Positions 1 to 14,044 of a DNA stretch of 64,000 nucleotides are shown here, in pieces; position 1 is the first letter of the stretch, and each line of letters begins with the position of its first letter. The translations under genes were made by a program, and so were the position numbers. The notes under the pieces were generated by a model, which was not told the DNA's origin, ran no database searches, and worked only from the letters and a program-made list of their open reading frames with translations. The stretch is from Octopus vulgaris (taxonomy: Eukaryota), in NCBI GenBank assembly GCA_951406725.2, contig OX597819.1:4092001-4156000 (forward strand), read 5' to 3'.

Positions 1-210
1 TAATGTATACAGCATTACTTCAAAGTAAGTTTGATTGCTATCACTATTCAACTCAAAAGTTATTTTACGGTGTTATATAACAATCCATGGCATAAACAGA
101 CACATAAACACACATACACAGATATGTACATGTATGGATGCATGAATAGGTTTGACAGAGAAAGAGTATTGAATACATGTAAATAATGGATCATGTCGGT
201 TTTGTATACT

Positions 211-398
211 AGTTTCAAATTTTGGCACAAAGCCAGAAATTTCAGGGGAGACTAAGTCGAGTAGATCGACTCCAGTCTTCAACTGGAACTTATTTATCGA
301 CTCCAGAACTTATTTTATCAACACGGTACATTAATACATACGAAATGCCGGTGGGCATTTTGTCCGCCGTGCTAACGATTCTGCCGGCTCGCCGCCTT
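211..398 (-). mobile_element. tRNA-derived SINE, family B (Meta-domain-like), degenerate
   Basis: Reverse complement of the head aaggcggcgagccggcagaatcgttagcac and the tail ggctttgtgccaaaatttgaaac, shared with copies at 8753, 14061 and 45937. Confidence 0.75.
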
Positions 399-3300
399 AA
401 GCAATTTTGTATATTAGCATTTTAACGACTGAGCATATACTTAACGCAAATCTCTACCAGAACCAGCGTGTCGCTGTGTGTGCCACAGCTTTATCTTTTA
501 AATTCTATGCACAATCCATCGGTGCACACTTTCCGTCTATTTAGTTTCACTCAAGTTATGAATCGATCCACATACTTCCTTAAGCTACCAGCCAGTGGGA
601 ATCAAACGCAAGAACTCATGGGTTTGAAAAGCGTTCGACCAATATGCTCTTATACTCAATATATGCTGATCATCACCGTTTCTTGATTAGGGAGTATATA
701 TGAATCAATAGAAAGGACTTGTTTCTATTGTCGTCTGAAGTAGAAATTGTGAGTAGGAAAGAAGTGAACCAACAACTCCGTACGTATGAGTATTAAATGT
801 GTGTGTGAGTCTTCATGTGTCTTCACAAATCGAAATCTATTCTTGTACACTGAGACTATTTTACAGGAGCACTGCTATTCAAATAAAGCATAGTTACGTG
901 ACAAGTTACATCCTCACAACGGAATATGCTTGCTTCCTTATCTTTTTAATTCCTTCCATTTGTATGACTGTAACAAACGATTCTTGCTAACAAAACACAT
1001 TTTAGATAGAATTTTTAGTCGAGTGGAAACCGAAAATACATCGCTAAGCTTACCGAGGCCAGCGGCAATATTTGTGCTCCTTATACTGGACGAAGAAATA
1101 AAAAAAAAACGTAAAGTGTATATACTGCATCAACATTTTTGTAAAATTGTATTTTGTATTAACAATTTATTCTGGTATTTGGTACGATTTTTACTTCATT
1201 GATTATTATTTATAAATATATGTTTTTGTCGCAGCAATCTAGATTGATTGAACAGCTATTACTTATCATATGTTATATACAATATGAAAGCAACCAATAT
1301 AGCACATCAACTGAAACTACTTATCATTGCGGGTCGTAAACATTGATAGCTTGGTTTTAAGTCTCTATAAAAGAGTTTATTTATTAGTTGATTTATATAA
1401 ACTTCAAATGCTTTGTGAGGTGATTTTTATGAGACATTATCATCATGACTAGCAATATCAGAAAGTAGACACTCTTTTATCCATCATGAAATCAATTAAT
1501 TATAGCAATCAATTATCTGTTACATATTTTATTAACCTCAGTGGGATGAAAGGTTACTTCGACCATGACAAACTAAAAGTCAAAAATATAAAACATGAAC
1601 TCAAAACTCTCCTATTTCAATCAGTTTTATGTATGTGTCGTTCACCCCAATGTGGAATTTATTATTGAAGAAGCAAGTTCTCGACATGGTTACAGTGATT
1701 TTAATTCACTGCACTGAAGCCACTGATATCCTTAGGGAAGTATAATCTTCGTATTTTCCTATTTATTCTTAAAACTTTATCTTAAGAAAGACAAGTCAAA
1801 GTAAAATGAAATTTTAAAATTGAAGAAATGTTTTCGGAGTAATGAGAAACAGTGTGCTTTTCTTTTCAGTAGAGGCTCAATCCTGACTAATAAAGAAAAA
1901 ATAATACAAGAGCTGTTTCGACTGATTGATTGATTAGTTGTACAGAGGTCTAACTGAACAAATAATTTCGTTAATGAATGATTAAATAAGTGATTCATTA
2001 ATTGAGTGGATGTAAAAATGGAGAGTGGGTGTTGTGTGTTAACCTTTTCAGGGTCAGTTACATGTATTGATCTGTATCTAGGATAACTGCAATTTAAAGA
2101 GAACGATTTCTTTCTGGATAGATGATTTCAACACCTGGGTGCTATGTAACGAAAGGGAAAATTCAATAATATCGACCTCATCAACAAGGATGAAGGCAAC
2201 TATAAAACATACGTTAACGACAAGATTGAAAACAATTGCATCAAAATTTGAAACAACTGCTGTTACAAGGACTGGAGCTAAAAATGTTTAATCCCTTCGA
2301 AACAATTCCAAGAACAACCGTAGCAACAAATGCAACAATAACTGGTGCAACAATGAAATATATTAAAAATACTTCAGGCGAGATAAAAGAGACAAATAAA
2401 ATTATAATGTGCAACGACAAGAATTGAAATCCTGTACACGCTCACCCGCACACAAACCTAAGCGATAAATATAAAAGCAACTACAATGGAAACTACGTAG
2501 ATAAATAGTTGTAAAGTAATATAAATTTTACATTTTTGCACATACTAATAAAAGTGCAGGCTCATTCATAAAAACCAGCCTGAACATCCCACACACATCA
2601 CAAGCAAATCTAATTGTTGCATGTTTCACTCATTCAAATGTGTACACTCATCCACATAAAATCCATTCTATAAATGCTTGGTCAGACACAAATACGCACC
2701 TTTCCTCATATTCATGTGCCTATGCAGACGCATACACATGCACACAGCCTCACCTACAGATTAGACAGCGCGCAATAAATATAATGTATATTTATACATG
2801 CATAGTGTACACACATTCACGCGCGAGCGCACATATACACATGCACACACGCACACACACATACACACAAACATATATGTATAAGTATAAGTATAAACAT
2901 ATATATATATATGTATAAATAAGTACCAGCAACATGATGGAATGTTTTAGAAGTTCGAGTTAGCAATCACGAAATTCTTAGTTCGATCCCACTGCTAGGT
3001 ATAATATGCAAACATCTTTTATCATAGCCCCGTAGCTACGGTTCTGTCCATACTTTGTGAGTGATTCTACCTAGATATTTGTGTAGAGTGCGTGAATGCG
3101 TGAGCGGGACTGATCATATACATTAAAAATTCAGCCCTGTCACACGTTCACGTTGAATTACGTTGAGGAACACGCTTTACAAAGATGTTCAACAACTCGC
3201 ATACTAACCCAATCTGTGTCTGTTATTGTGTCTCTCAACTAACTCCTTTCGCTCTATTACGCCCTGCTTCATCTCTCCCTTCAACATTTTAGATATGTAA

Positions 3301-3729
3301 GCACTATTAAATGATTAGCATTTGCCAATTTTCTCTTGACTGGTCACCGTTTGCAGGCATATGACAATAGGCACGTATCATCCATAATTTATAGTTATTA
3401 CGCAACTCATGTAAAACTTGGCTTCTTGAAACTGCGATCGAGATAAGAAATTACATAATTTCTCTCTCTCTATTTTTTTTTCATTTTTCTTCTGTATTTT
3501 CTGTGCTCCATGTAAATATATATATATCAAGCCGAACTGTATATCCACCATAGTACCTCCATTACAGATCGATTTCGAATTCTTTATAGTCACTCTTGTA
3601 GCATTAGCCTGGATGAAGGAGTCAGAATTTAAGTTCAAATATATCAGCACTATTCTGTGTTATCTATAAGGTGGTTATTGAAATCTCAACAACTTAATGT
3701 ACGCACAAACATATATTTTTGTTTGTATG

Positions 3730-3777
<48 letters not shown>

Positions 3778-3788
3778 CATATATATTA

Positions 3789-4177
3789 CTCTTTCTTTTT
3801 CTCTTTTACTTGTTTCAGTCATTTGACTGCGGCCATGCTGGAGCACCGCCTTTAGTCGAGCAAATCGACCCCGGGACTTATTCTTTGTAAGTCCAGTACT
3901 TATTCTATCGGTCTCTTTTGCCGAACCGCTAAGTGACAGGGACGTAAACACACATCGGTTGTCAAGCAATGCTAGGGGGACAAACACACACACACACATA
4001 TATATACATATATACAACAGGCTTCTTTCAGTTTCCGTCTACCAAATCCACTCACAAGGCATTGGTCGGCCCGGGGCTATAGCAGAAGACACTTGCCCAA
4101 GATGCCACGCAGTGGGACTGAACCCGGAACCATGTGGTTGGTTAGCAAGCTACTTACCACACAGCCACTCCTGCGCC
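3789..4177 (-). mobile_element. tRNA-derived SINE, family A (CORE-like), full length
   Basis: Minus strand reads ggcgcaggagtggctgtgtggtaag (A box) ... ggttcagtccc (B box) ... cttgggcaagtgtcttct (CORE-like), internal microsatellite, tail gcagtcaaatgactgaaacaagtaaaaga; more than 10 copies in the window. Confidence 0.9.
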
Positions 4178-4869
4178 TATATATATATATGTAAAAGTAA
4201 AAAAATATACAAACTGGGACAAGAACGTGAAACACCTAGAAGACGACACAAGAAACACAGGACGGGACATTCGAAGCCCTCAATCATCAGTCAAGAACCA
4301 GTTCATCTTTGCAATTTCGGCTGAATAATCTTGAGATTGCTCCGATCTGGGCAGCCCCCAAGGGAAATCTAAGCCAAGCGCATTAGATCCCTTGGAAGAA
4401 AGCCTCGAATGTATACAAAACAAGGACGGAAAACGGACGATGTACACGAATAAAAATACAAAAATACGTAAAAACAATAAAGAAAGCACGAATAAGAATA
4501 CAAATACGTAAAAACAATAATGGTAAGGATAAAAACAAGGACGTCAGGACAAGGGTCTTTCGACAGGACGAGTTGAGTTTGGGGCTGGCTAATATATATA
4601 TATATATATATATATATTCTATATATACACGCATACATCCCTCTGGCTCTCTCTCTCTTTCTTCCTCTGTGTGCATGAGTGTGTGCGTGTGTGTTTGTGT
4701 GTGTGTATTTACTAACAGATACACATTTCAAAATTTTACATTCACTAATATGCACGTGCGCTTACTCATGTATATTTTCATCCATTTGTATACACGTGGA
4801 AAAACGCACACATCCGCACGCTGTCTCGCGCAAATACTCGCACGAGCATACGGACATATACGCACACAG

Positions 4870-4907
<38 letters not shown>

Positions 4908-4992
4908 ACACTCACGGACATACATACTGACCAATGAAAGGCCCTATCCCATAAAAACGTATCCATGTGTTCAAGTCGTCTCAATTAAAGAG

Positions 4993-5032
<40 letters not shown>

Positions 5033-5626
5033 CTGCCTTCTCGCTTACTTCTCAAAACCAGTTCCAACATACTCATATGGCCAGGTTACTACAAAACGAA
5101 ACATGATCTTTTCTGTGGTGATTTGATTGACAAAAAAGGGAGAGAACAGTTGTTCATTAATCAAACCAGTCATGTACAGACTGGTTGGCGACTTATTAAG
5201 CAGTTTGAATCCGTAGTTTTGCATGTGCTGCGAGTGACTCGCTCTGATAGAATGCACTTCAGGCCTTGCAATGGTTGTTCAGAGAAAATTTTATATAGTA
5301 AGAAGGCACGTTCAAGCGATTTCGCCTGAGAAAATGGCAAGAATAATGTTGTTCCCTCGCAGACTATACTACAATCATAGTTAGAATTCTCTGACACGTA
5401 AATATTAAAGTTTTGGGCGCAAACGTGATATAAGCAAATATCTCCAGAACTAGGAACATTCATTTTCTTGTCTCAGCGGCAGAATACCACTTGACTTCGA
5501 TGCTTAAAGAAATCTAAATGATCAAGTGCGTGAATATACGAATTGATGTATGAAGTTTGTACTTAAATGTATTTATTTGTATTTTCTCTATCTTTCTCTC
5601 CTTGTCTTTCAACAACGTATCTATCA

Positions 5627-5701
<75 letters not shown>

Positions 5702-5723
5702 GATCTATCTATCTATCTATCTA

Positions 5724-5767
<44 letters not shown>

Positions 5768-6096
5768 TACATTTTTATGTGCACATACAAATGTATATAT
5801 ACGTATGTAAATATATGGACACACACACACACACACGCACACAGACACATACACACGCTTGTATGCAAACACACACACATACACACACAGACCTATACAC
5901 GAATGAATATGAAATTGTAAAAAGACATCAGCTATTAATATATAATCCATTACTTGATGGCTGTATATGATTGATTTCATATAGACAACATAGGAAGAAG
6001 TTTGTTGTTGTGTACAAACAATGAGACGAACATGATCCAATTTATTCATCCCAGGATCCCCCCGGTTGAATCTTTCTGGGTTAAATACAAATAACT

Positions 6097-6347
6097 AAAT
6101 AAGTCTTTATCAACGATGTGTCTTGAGGCGAATTCAGACATAAATAATAGCTTATAAAACATTGAGTTAAAAACTTTGGATGATTAAAAGTCGTAATGCT
6201 CTCAGCAAGTTACAGAAAGTGCCTGGTTCGAATCCCACAGGCAGCTTTTCGTCATTTTCTCCATCCAAGCGGTTTTAACCAAATGAGGCGTAAGGCTATT
6301 ATTCATAGCTGGTTTCGCCTCCAGTCATTGTAAATAAACGCTTATTT
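6097..6347. mobile_element. Old MITE/foldback-like element with about 87-bp diverged inverted arms and an internal tRNA-like B box
   Basis: Left aaataagtc..gaggcgaattcagacataaataatagc..gttaaaaactttggatg matches the reverse complement of 6261-6347; GGTTCGAATCC at 6225-6235 in the spacer. Confidence 0.55.
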
Positions 6348-7439
6348 GCATATTTCTGAAAGCTTCTAGGTCTGCGTTCTTACTACAGATAACTAATGAC
6401 ACATCACAATGCCATTAGCATTCATTGGAAAAAAGTAATTCGAATCGGGATTTTAGACGAAAGCAAGCATTTTCATTTTGTCATGGAAACAAGTTTTACT
6501 AAACAAAAGTACATAATAACAAATGTAAAGAAATGCGTTGGATTTCTTGGATGATGCTACTGCACAATGCATTGATATGCGTGCGCGTGTATGCATGTGT
6601 GTGCGCTTGTGTGCGCATGTGTGTGGCTAACTTAATTTCGGACAACTAAATTTGATGACCCAAAGACATGTTCATGGATGAAAAAATACCGTTATATAAA
6701 AGGAAATTACTGTGTTATAATTCTGCTACTTATATAAAATAAGATTAAAAGTTCATAGTATACACGTAAACATGGCTAGTCATATGCTCACATGTGCGCT
6801 CGCGGACCCACGTGCGTACTTATAGGTCACTATGAAAACGTATTTTTTTTCTTCACTCGCATTTTTCGCCAAATATATATGCATATATGTACAAACTCAT
6901 ACACACACACACGCGCGTACCGTAAAAGTTCATACCTACGTCTATATACGCACAAGCACAAGAAAAACCATGGTTAAAGGTAAAAGAAAAAACATAAGAA
7001 AGTATACAAAGCATAAAAACCACGTTCATATACGGACATGCCTTTATGCACTCATACACACACGTCCATATATGTACATAACCGCACATGTTTATATACG
7101 CATACACACACACGTATATACAAAAAATGAATATACATATACCCTCCCCCCCAAAAAAAACCCCCTAAAAAATGGAAAAATACTAAATAAAAACGTCTAT
7201 ATATATATATGCATTCTTATGGCCGCACACACGCACACATCTAAAACTGCCCACTCATACATATTCACACACGTGTACAAAATGAATCTATATACACGTC
7301 TATATAGGCACAGGAAAAAATGCAGGATAGAAGAGTACAGAAAAATTTATTATGTGTGAAAATATAAAAAAATATATGAAATAAGAAAAGGTATAATGAG
7401 ATAAAAAAACTTTTGGGGACATAATATAGAAAGCAAGTT

Positions 7440-7770
7440 CTATCTGTTTTCTTTAGGGGACCAAAACCGTAACAAAAATTTTGTCACATATTGTCATGTT
7501 CCGAAAAGTTCTGTCCTTGAGTTTAGACATGTAGTAGGGTCTACGCTGCTTTTCCAGATAAGCCATCTCTCCATGTCGCATAGACCGCACTTTCCGCTGC
7601 CGTTGGTGTAGGGCTTACATTTGGCCAAAATCTTCCAATGGATGTTATAATCGACACCTTTATCTTTTAAAGACTAAATATGATTAGATAATTTTGTCGC
7701 TTTTCTTTTGTTCCAGTGCCTAAAACTCAAGGTGTGGTTATTGAACCTGGCCTTAAAATTACCCTCTGTT
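7440..7770 (-). pseudogene. Penelope-like retroelement GIY-YIG endonuclease C-terminal fragment (5'-truncated, 2 in-frame stops)
   Basis: One frame reads [98 protein letters not shown], matching PLE EN motifs FKxRxxNH, LSxxIW, CxLCxxE, LNxRxE and KFLL. Confidence 0.85.
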
Positions 7771-7785
7771 ATCTTACCGTTTTTA

Positions 7786-7835
<50 letters not shown>

Positions 7836-7860
7836 TTGATATATATACATAAACATATAT

Positions 7861-7913
<53 letters not shown>

Positions 7914-8161
7914 TACATATATATATATAATTATAAATACATGCATATATACATACATGTACATACTTACATCTATATGTATATACATACATGTATATAT
8001 GGGCACAGGGCATTAAAAAAAAACACAATGAGAAGAAACGAAAACATAAAAACAAAAACATGAAAACGAACTTTTTTTCAAACGAAAAAACAGAGTGCAA
8101 GACATACAACACAAGGAATATTCCCCTTCTTCAGTTGTCCCTCTTTCGTCTACTCCGCATG

Positions 8162-8247
<86 letters not shown>

Positions 8248-8752
8248 GAGACAGAGAGACAGAGAGAGACAGAGAGCTAGCTAGCTAGCTAGATAGATAG
8301 ATAGGAATACAAACGTACATACACACACACACATATACAATGTTACTTCAAAATATTCATTCCTACAGCTGTTTAAATCATTCTAATATTTTACTATGAT
8401 CATTGCATAGTACTTTTGAAATATGTTATATAAGTTATATATCTAAATGTATAAATGTGCTTGTGCGTGTGTGTATGTGTCTAAAATTTGCAATAAGTTT
8501 TAGCCATGATTGACCCAGGATTTATTTGACTTATTGCAAAACCTGAAGTTGATTTTAAGCTATGTTTTGCAACATCATATCTCATTATCTGACTAGGGAA
8601 TTATCGTTTGTCAAATCGTGTTCGGATATTGGCAGTCTGATATTTTTGATGGAGATATTTGTCGTTTTGATATTATGGTATCGTTTTGAAGTAAATCAAG
8701 TTTTGTCGCAAGGTTGCTATATGGGGGTATCTAGCGTTTTAAATATGATCTT

Positions 8753-8967
8753 AAGGCAGCGAGCTGGTCGATACGTTTGCTGAATGAAATGCTTAGCAGT
8801 ATTTCGTCCATTTTTACAATCTGAGCTCAGATACCACTGCTGACGACTTTGTCTTTCATCCTTTCGAGATCGATACAAAATTAATAGCTGATCATTGGGG
8901 TCCATGTAATCGACTAACTCCTACCCTAAAATTGCTGGCCTTGTGCCAAAATTTGAAACCAACATTA
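8753..8967 (+). mobile_element. SINE family B with 12-bp TSD
   Basis: Head aaggcagcgagctgg, Meta-like ctttcatcctttcgagatcgata; aaatatgatctt duplicated at 8741-8752 and 8968-8979. Confidence 0.85.
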
Positions 8968-9837
8968 AAATATGATCTTGTAGATGAAGAAATATCTTAA
9001 TAGAAATTCCGTAAAACTAAACAAAATCAAAAAGATTCATGTATAAAAACCCCTTATCTGTTCCGATTTATTTCATTATTAAATTTGATTATATTAGCTT
9101 CCTTTAACGAACCTATAAATGTTTTTCCAATATCACTATAGGTATCATTTGAGTTCAAGAAAACTATTTAAAGCAAAGTTTACCCCGAAGACTTCGGTTT
9201 CATTTCAGTCTTTCTAAGGCGGATGTCGAAGCTATTTAATATCAAATCACGCCCTTTATAATTGTATTTATTTATTGTACACTCTCCTTCAAGAGATAGC
9301 AAGATATACATTTTAATGTCAACCATTGCACATTCAGAAATATAACGATAATCTAATGCATCTTCCACAGAAAATTAAATACTACAACACCTGTAAGCTA
9401 AATTATTCTATTTCTGCTTCACTGTTAAGTGATTTATCATCAACTACCTTAAATTCGCTTTGTTTTAATTGGTTTCGTTTAAATGTGCATCAGAATATGG
9501 TTTGTACATGAGCTATCAGTAGTCTGTAAGTCTATGAGAAGGTGAATTCTTCACCAAAGGGTCATCATCTTAATCTCGTATGCATACACTAATACCTCTG
9601 CTGCTTAAGGCTGTTCATTATCTTTCTAAATTGAAGAAATGAGAATATTATTATATTTGAAGTATTCAGAAGGAAATATATGTAGCTTCTGGAAGACAGT
9701 TAAAATATTTCGGATACTTGATTGGAAGACGTGTAACGGTCCCTGCTGAGTCGAATTGACAACTTGGTTCAATTTTAAGTGAAATCATTTCATTTTACTG
9801 ATAATGCTGATATCAATAAAAATAACATCTATACATA

Positions 9838-10290
9838 GGCAAGGCATGACTGTGAGGTAAGAAGCTTGCTTCATTGTTTGTTCCTTCTCGAGCCATGCCT
9901 GGCTCAGAAGGGTCGGTTTCCCGGTTTCCTTGGCGTATTAGGTTCCCCACCTGGACGGGACGTCGGTCCGTCGCAGGTGAGCTGCAAGATGCAGGAGGAA
10001 AGAGTGAGAGAAAGTTGTGGCGAAAGAGTCGGCAGAGGTTCGCCATTACCTTTTGCCGGGTCGCGTGGAGCGTAGGTGTTTCGCTCATAAACACACACAT
10101 CGTACGGTCTGAGATTCGAATCGGCGATCTCTCGACCGTGAGTCCGCTGCTCTAACCACTTGGACATGTGCTTCCACAAGAAGCTTCCTTCCCAATCTCA
10201 TGGTTCCCGGTTCAGCCCCACTGCGTGGCACCTCGGGTAAAGTTGTTTTCTATTATGGCACCAGGCCGACCAAAGCCTTTTCAGTGGATT
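9838..10290 (+). mobile_element. SINE family A 5' half, interrupted by a nested SINE
   Basis: Head ggcaaggcatgactgtgaggtaagaagcttgcttc resumes at 10178 with cccaatctcatggttcccggttcagccccactgcgtggcacc. Confidence 0.8.
9873..10177 (-). mobile_element. tRNA-derived SINE family C nested in a family A SINE, 14-bp TSD
   Basis: tRNA-like head on minus (agtggttagagcagcggactcacggtcgagag..gattcgaatc); TSD aagaagcttgcttc 9859-9872 and aagaagcttccttc 10178-10191. Confidence 0.85.
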
Positions 10291-10874
10291 AAAGAATCAT
10301 CTGTGGAGGATGTACAGTAAAAAACTGCTGAACACTCATCTGTCATCTTTAACAAGACAGTCCATCCATAATAAAAGCTAGTCTTCGACAAGTCTTCCAG
10401 CTTCAAATTCTAGACACATGAAAATTCCATTAAGATTTATACTCTTTCGTTTGTTTTTTTTTTTGTTTTCTTCTTTAGCGACTTCAATCATCAGGCAACT
10501 TTTTTTTTTACAATTAGAAACAGATAATAGAATTTATTTAAGATTTTCGAAATTATTGTAAAGGCTTTGAAAACACTACTAAAAGAGATTTAATATTTTC
10601 ATTTGTTTCCACGTAACGTAGAGTATTTAGTAACGTCAACAGTTCCTTAATAATGACAAAGTTAATATGAGATAAACGTTAAATCCTCGGATAATTGAAA
10701 TATCGTTGCATGTTCAATGTATTTTAATCGGCTTACAACTGCTGTAACATTAGAACTAGAGACTTACTGAGAATATGATGTCGATGTTGAAACACATGCC
10801 ATCTTTTAGATGACTAATGTAATCACGTGGCTAATGCAGATGCACACTGGTATATATATATTTGAGTGTATATG

Positions 10875-10985
<111 letters not shown>

Positions 10986-11054
10986 GCACACAGAGTTAAT
11001 GAATACATACATCTATATATATGTGTGTGTGCATATATATATACACAACAGTTA

Positions 11055-11545
11055 ATACATACATGCATGTATACATATGCACATTAATACATATATACGT
11101 ACATACATGCATACATACATACATACATACATGCATACATACATACATACATACATACATGCATAAATACATATATACATACATACATACATACATGCAT
11201 ACATGGATTCATACATACATACATACATACATGCATGCATGCATACATACATACATACATACATACATGCATGCATGCATGCATACATACATACATACAT
11301 GCATACATACATACATACATGCATGCATGCATGCATACATACATACATACATACATACATGCATACATACATACATACATGCATGCATGGATTCATACAT
11401 ACATACATACATACACATGCATGCATACATACATGCATACATACATACATGCATGCATGCATACATACATACATACATACATACATACATACATACATAC
11501 ATTCATACATGCATACATACATACATACATACATACATACATACA

Positions 11546-11577
<32 letters not shown>

Positions 11578-11585
11578 CATACACA
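11055..11585. repeat. Compound (TACA)n/(TGCA)n tetranucleotide microsatellite, about 530 bp
   Basis: Direct reading; explains the HTYI/MYVC pseudo-ORFs. Confidence 0.95.
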
Positions 11586-11953
11586 CTACGTGTGTAAATG
11601 ACTCGCTGCTATAAATTATATCTGTTCGTAAATTGTATCTGGCTGGTCGTTAACTTTCCTTAACGTCTTCGATAAGGCATCGGATATATAGCTCTCCATG
11701 TTCTCATTGTGGCTGCTATGGTCTGTGTACAAATCTTGGCGATGTCTTTTTCTTGGGGTGCTTACTGCACTTTTCCTTATTTATTTATTTATTTATTTAT
11801 TCTATCTGTGACTCCTCTCCTCTAGAAGAAGTGTTGTAAGCAGTCCTGAAAAAAGTTGTGCTCCTCCGAAAATAATTGTATAATGCAAGCGACGAGTCAC
11901 GCAATGGTGCCCCTACAAGTCCGTCAAGGGTATGAAGGGCCAAGGATATACTT

Positions 11954-11954
<1 letters not shown>

Positions 11955-12018
<64 letters not shown>

Positions 12019-12023
12019 ATAAC

Positions 12024-12073
<50 letters not shown>

Positions 12074-12153
12074 GAAGAAGACGAAGAAGAAGAAGAAGAA
12101 GAAGAAGAAGAAGAAGAAGAAGAAGAAGAAGAAGAAGAAGAAGAAGAAGAAGA
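11955..12153. repeat. Compound microsatellite (TA)n-(AAT)n-(AAG)n
   Basis: Direct reading. Confidence 0.95.
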
Positions 12154-12401
12154 AATGCACCCTTTTAAAGCTTACCCAGGCTCATGGGCCCGGTTTCCCG
12201 GTTTCTATGGCGTATGTGTTCCCCAACTGGACGGAACGCCAGTCCATTGCAGCGTTACTCATTTTTGCCAGCTGAGTGGACTGGAGCAACGTGAAATGAA
12301 GTGTTTTGCTCAAGAACACAACGCATCGCCTGGTCCAGGAGTCGAAACCACAATCTTACGATCATCTTGCTGACACCCTAACCACTAAGCCACGCGCCTC
12401 C
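12153..12401 (-). mobile_element. tRNA-derived SINE family D
   Basis: Minus head ggaggcgcgtggcttagtggttagggtg..ggtttcgactcctggacc, core cttgagcaaaacacttcatttcacgttgctc; related copy at 47618-47922. Confidence 0.85.
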
Positions 12402-13004
12402 ATATGTGTGTGTGTGTATATACATGCATTTATATATGTACCACGCATATATTTGTGTATCAATGAATGTCTGCTTCTGAATATTATCCGGGAAGAAAAT
12501 ACGTGAAAATGTGTAAATATGAAATGACAACGTAACCGCAGACGTTCTCTGTCAACGGAAATTGCTTTGTTTTGTTAATATTCTTCCTTCTGCAATATCT
12601 ACATAGTGTGAGTTCCTTATGTTTATTTCCTCTATGTAACTCATTCCACTGTATTCTAGTTTCCTCTTAGCCTCACCCCATTCTCTTACTCTCTTTCGGC
12701 TACACATCTTGTTTGTAACGAATGATAGGTTTTATTGTACTTCATATAGTAATTTCCTTTGTGAAGTCATATACTAGAAGAAAAGAAATGTAAGGAACAA
12801 CTTAATTACAGAAGGAGTTTTACGTACAATTGCATACATACATACATACATACATACATACATACATACATACACACATACGCGCGCACGCGCACACACA
12901 CATACACACATATATATCTGAAATGTGTATGCACAAATATAAACATACGTACATTCAAATGTGCATATTTCCGCGCGTATATTTACATATATGTGTATGC
13001 ACAG

Positions 13005-13049
<45 letters not shown>

Positions 13050-13054
13050 GGAAA

Positions 13055-13211
13055 GGCGCAGACGTAGCTATGTAGTAAGATGCTTGCTGTTCAGTCACAT
13101 GGGTTCAGTCCTACTGCGTGGTACCATGGGTTAGTGTCTTCTACTATAGCCTCAAGCCGACCAAGGGTTTGTGAGTGGATTTGTTAGACGGAAACTGAAA
13201 GAAGTCTGTCG
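13055..13211 (+). mobile_element. SINE family A 5' half
   Basis: ggttcagtcctactgcgtgg..gtgtcttctactatagcctc..gacggaaactgaaagaag. Confidence 0.8.
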
Positions 13212-13264
<53 letters not shown>

Positions 13265-13361
13265 TTATGCGTGTGTGTATGTATGTACGTATGCATGTGT
13301 GTATAAGCAGATTGCTTGTGGTTACTGAAAATAGGGCACATAAGAAATTCATTGATATAAT

Positions 13362-13565
13362 GCTTTCAAATTTTAGCTCGGGCTAGAAGTTTTTAGGAGG
13401 AGGGGCAAGTCAGTTACATTGACCACACCCCTACTTGACTTGTACCTATGTTATTGACCGCGAAATGATGAAAGGAGAAGTCGACCTTGGCGGAATTTCA
13501 AATCATTACATAAATCGGACGAAATACTGCTAAGCGTACTTATTGTTCTGCCAGCTCGCTGCCTA
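13362..13565 (-). mobile_element. SINE family B, degenerate
   Basis: gatgaaaggagaagtcgaccttggcggaattt..ttctgccagctcgctgcct is the reverse complement of family B. Confidence 0.75.
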
Positions 13566-14044
13566 ACCTTTATTTTAATATTTTATACCTAAATTAAAGT
13601 GAATACCTAAAGTAATCCTGGCGAATCACTATTGTAAATAATATTTCTGTTTCTACTTAGAGGCCCACATTTCCTTAAAGAATGTAGAAGCATACATACA
13701 TACGTATATATATATATATATACACCCATACACGCACAGACGTATATGCAACGAAAAATCCTTCAAAAATTAGAGACCCTTCAAGAAGTATTATCCTAAA
13801 TAGGTTTATGATCCCAACGAAGAGCAATCATGCAATATTAATGTATTGTATGATATAAACAACTAAACTCGCATAAAGCAAAGAACTATGAACCCCTAAA
13901 CATGTTCAGCTCTACAGGAACTACAGTTTCAATGCAGAACAACTCAGAACCATGAGAACACAAGGCACAAAAGATTCACAATCAATCAACAAGCACATTG
14001 GACGAATACATCAACACCATTATCAGTTGCCAAACAGGTATCAT

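Noticed and set aside
4190-4590. (TA)n-bounded island with CTGATGA and GAAA motifs on minus
   Set aside because: Probably a repeat relic, but the motif order and pairing do not give a hammerhead; family not assignable.
7494-7496. In-frame TGA at a conserved Cys position of the PLE endonuclease (possible selenocysteine)
   Set aside because: The copy is degraded (a second stop at a Trp codon, neighbouring residues altered) and no SECIS was recognised; simple decay is more likely.
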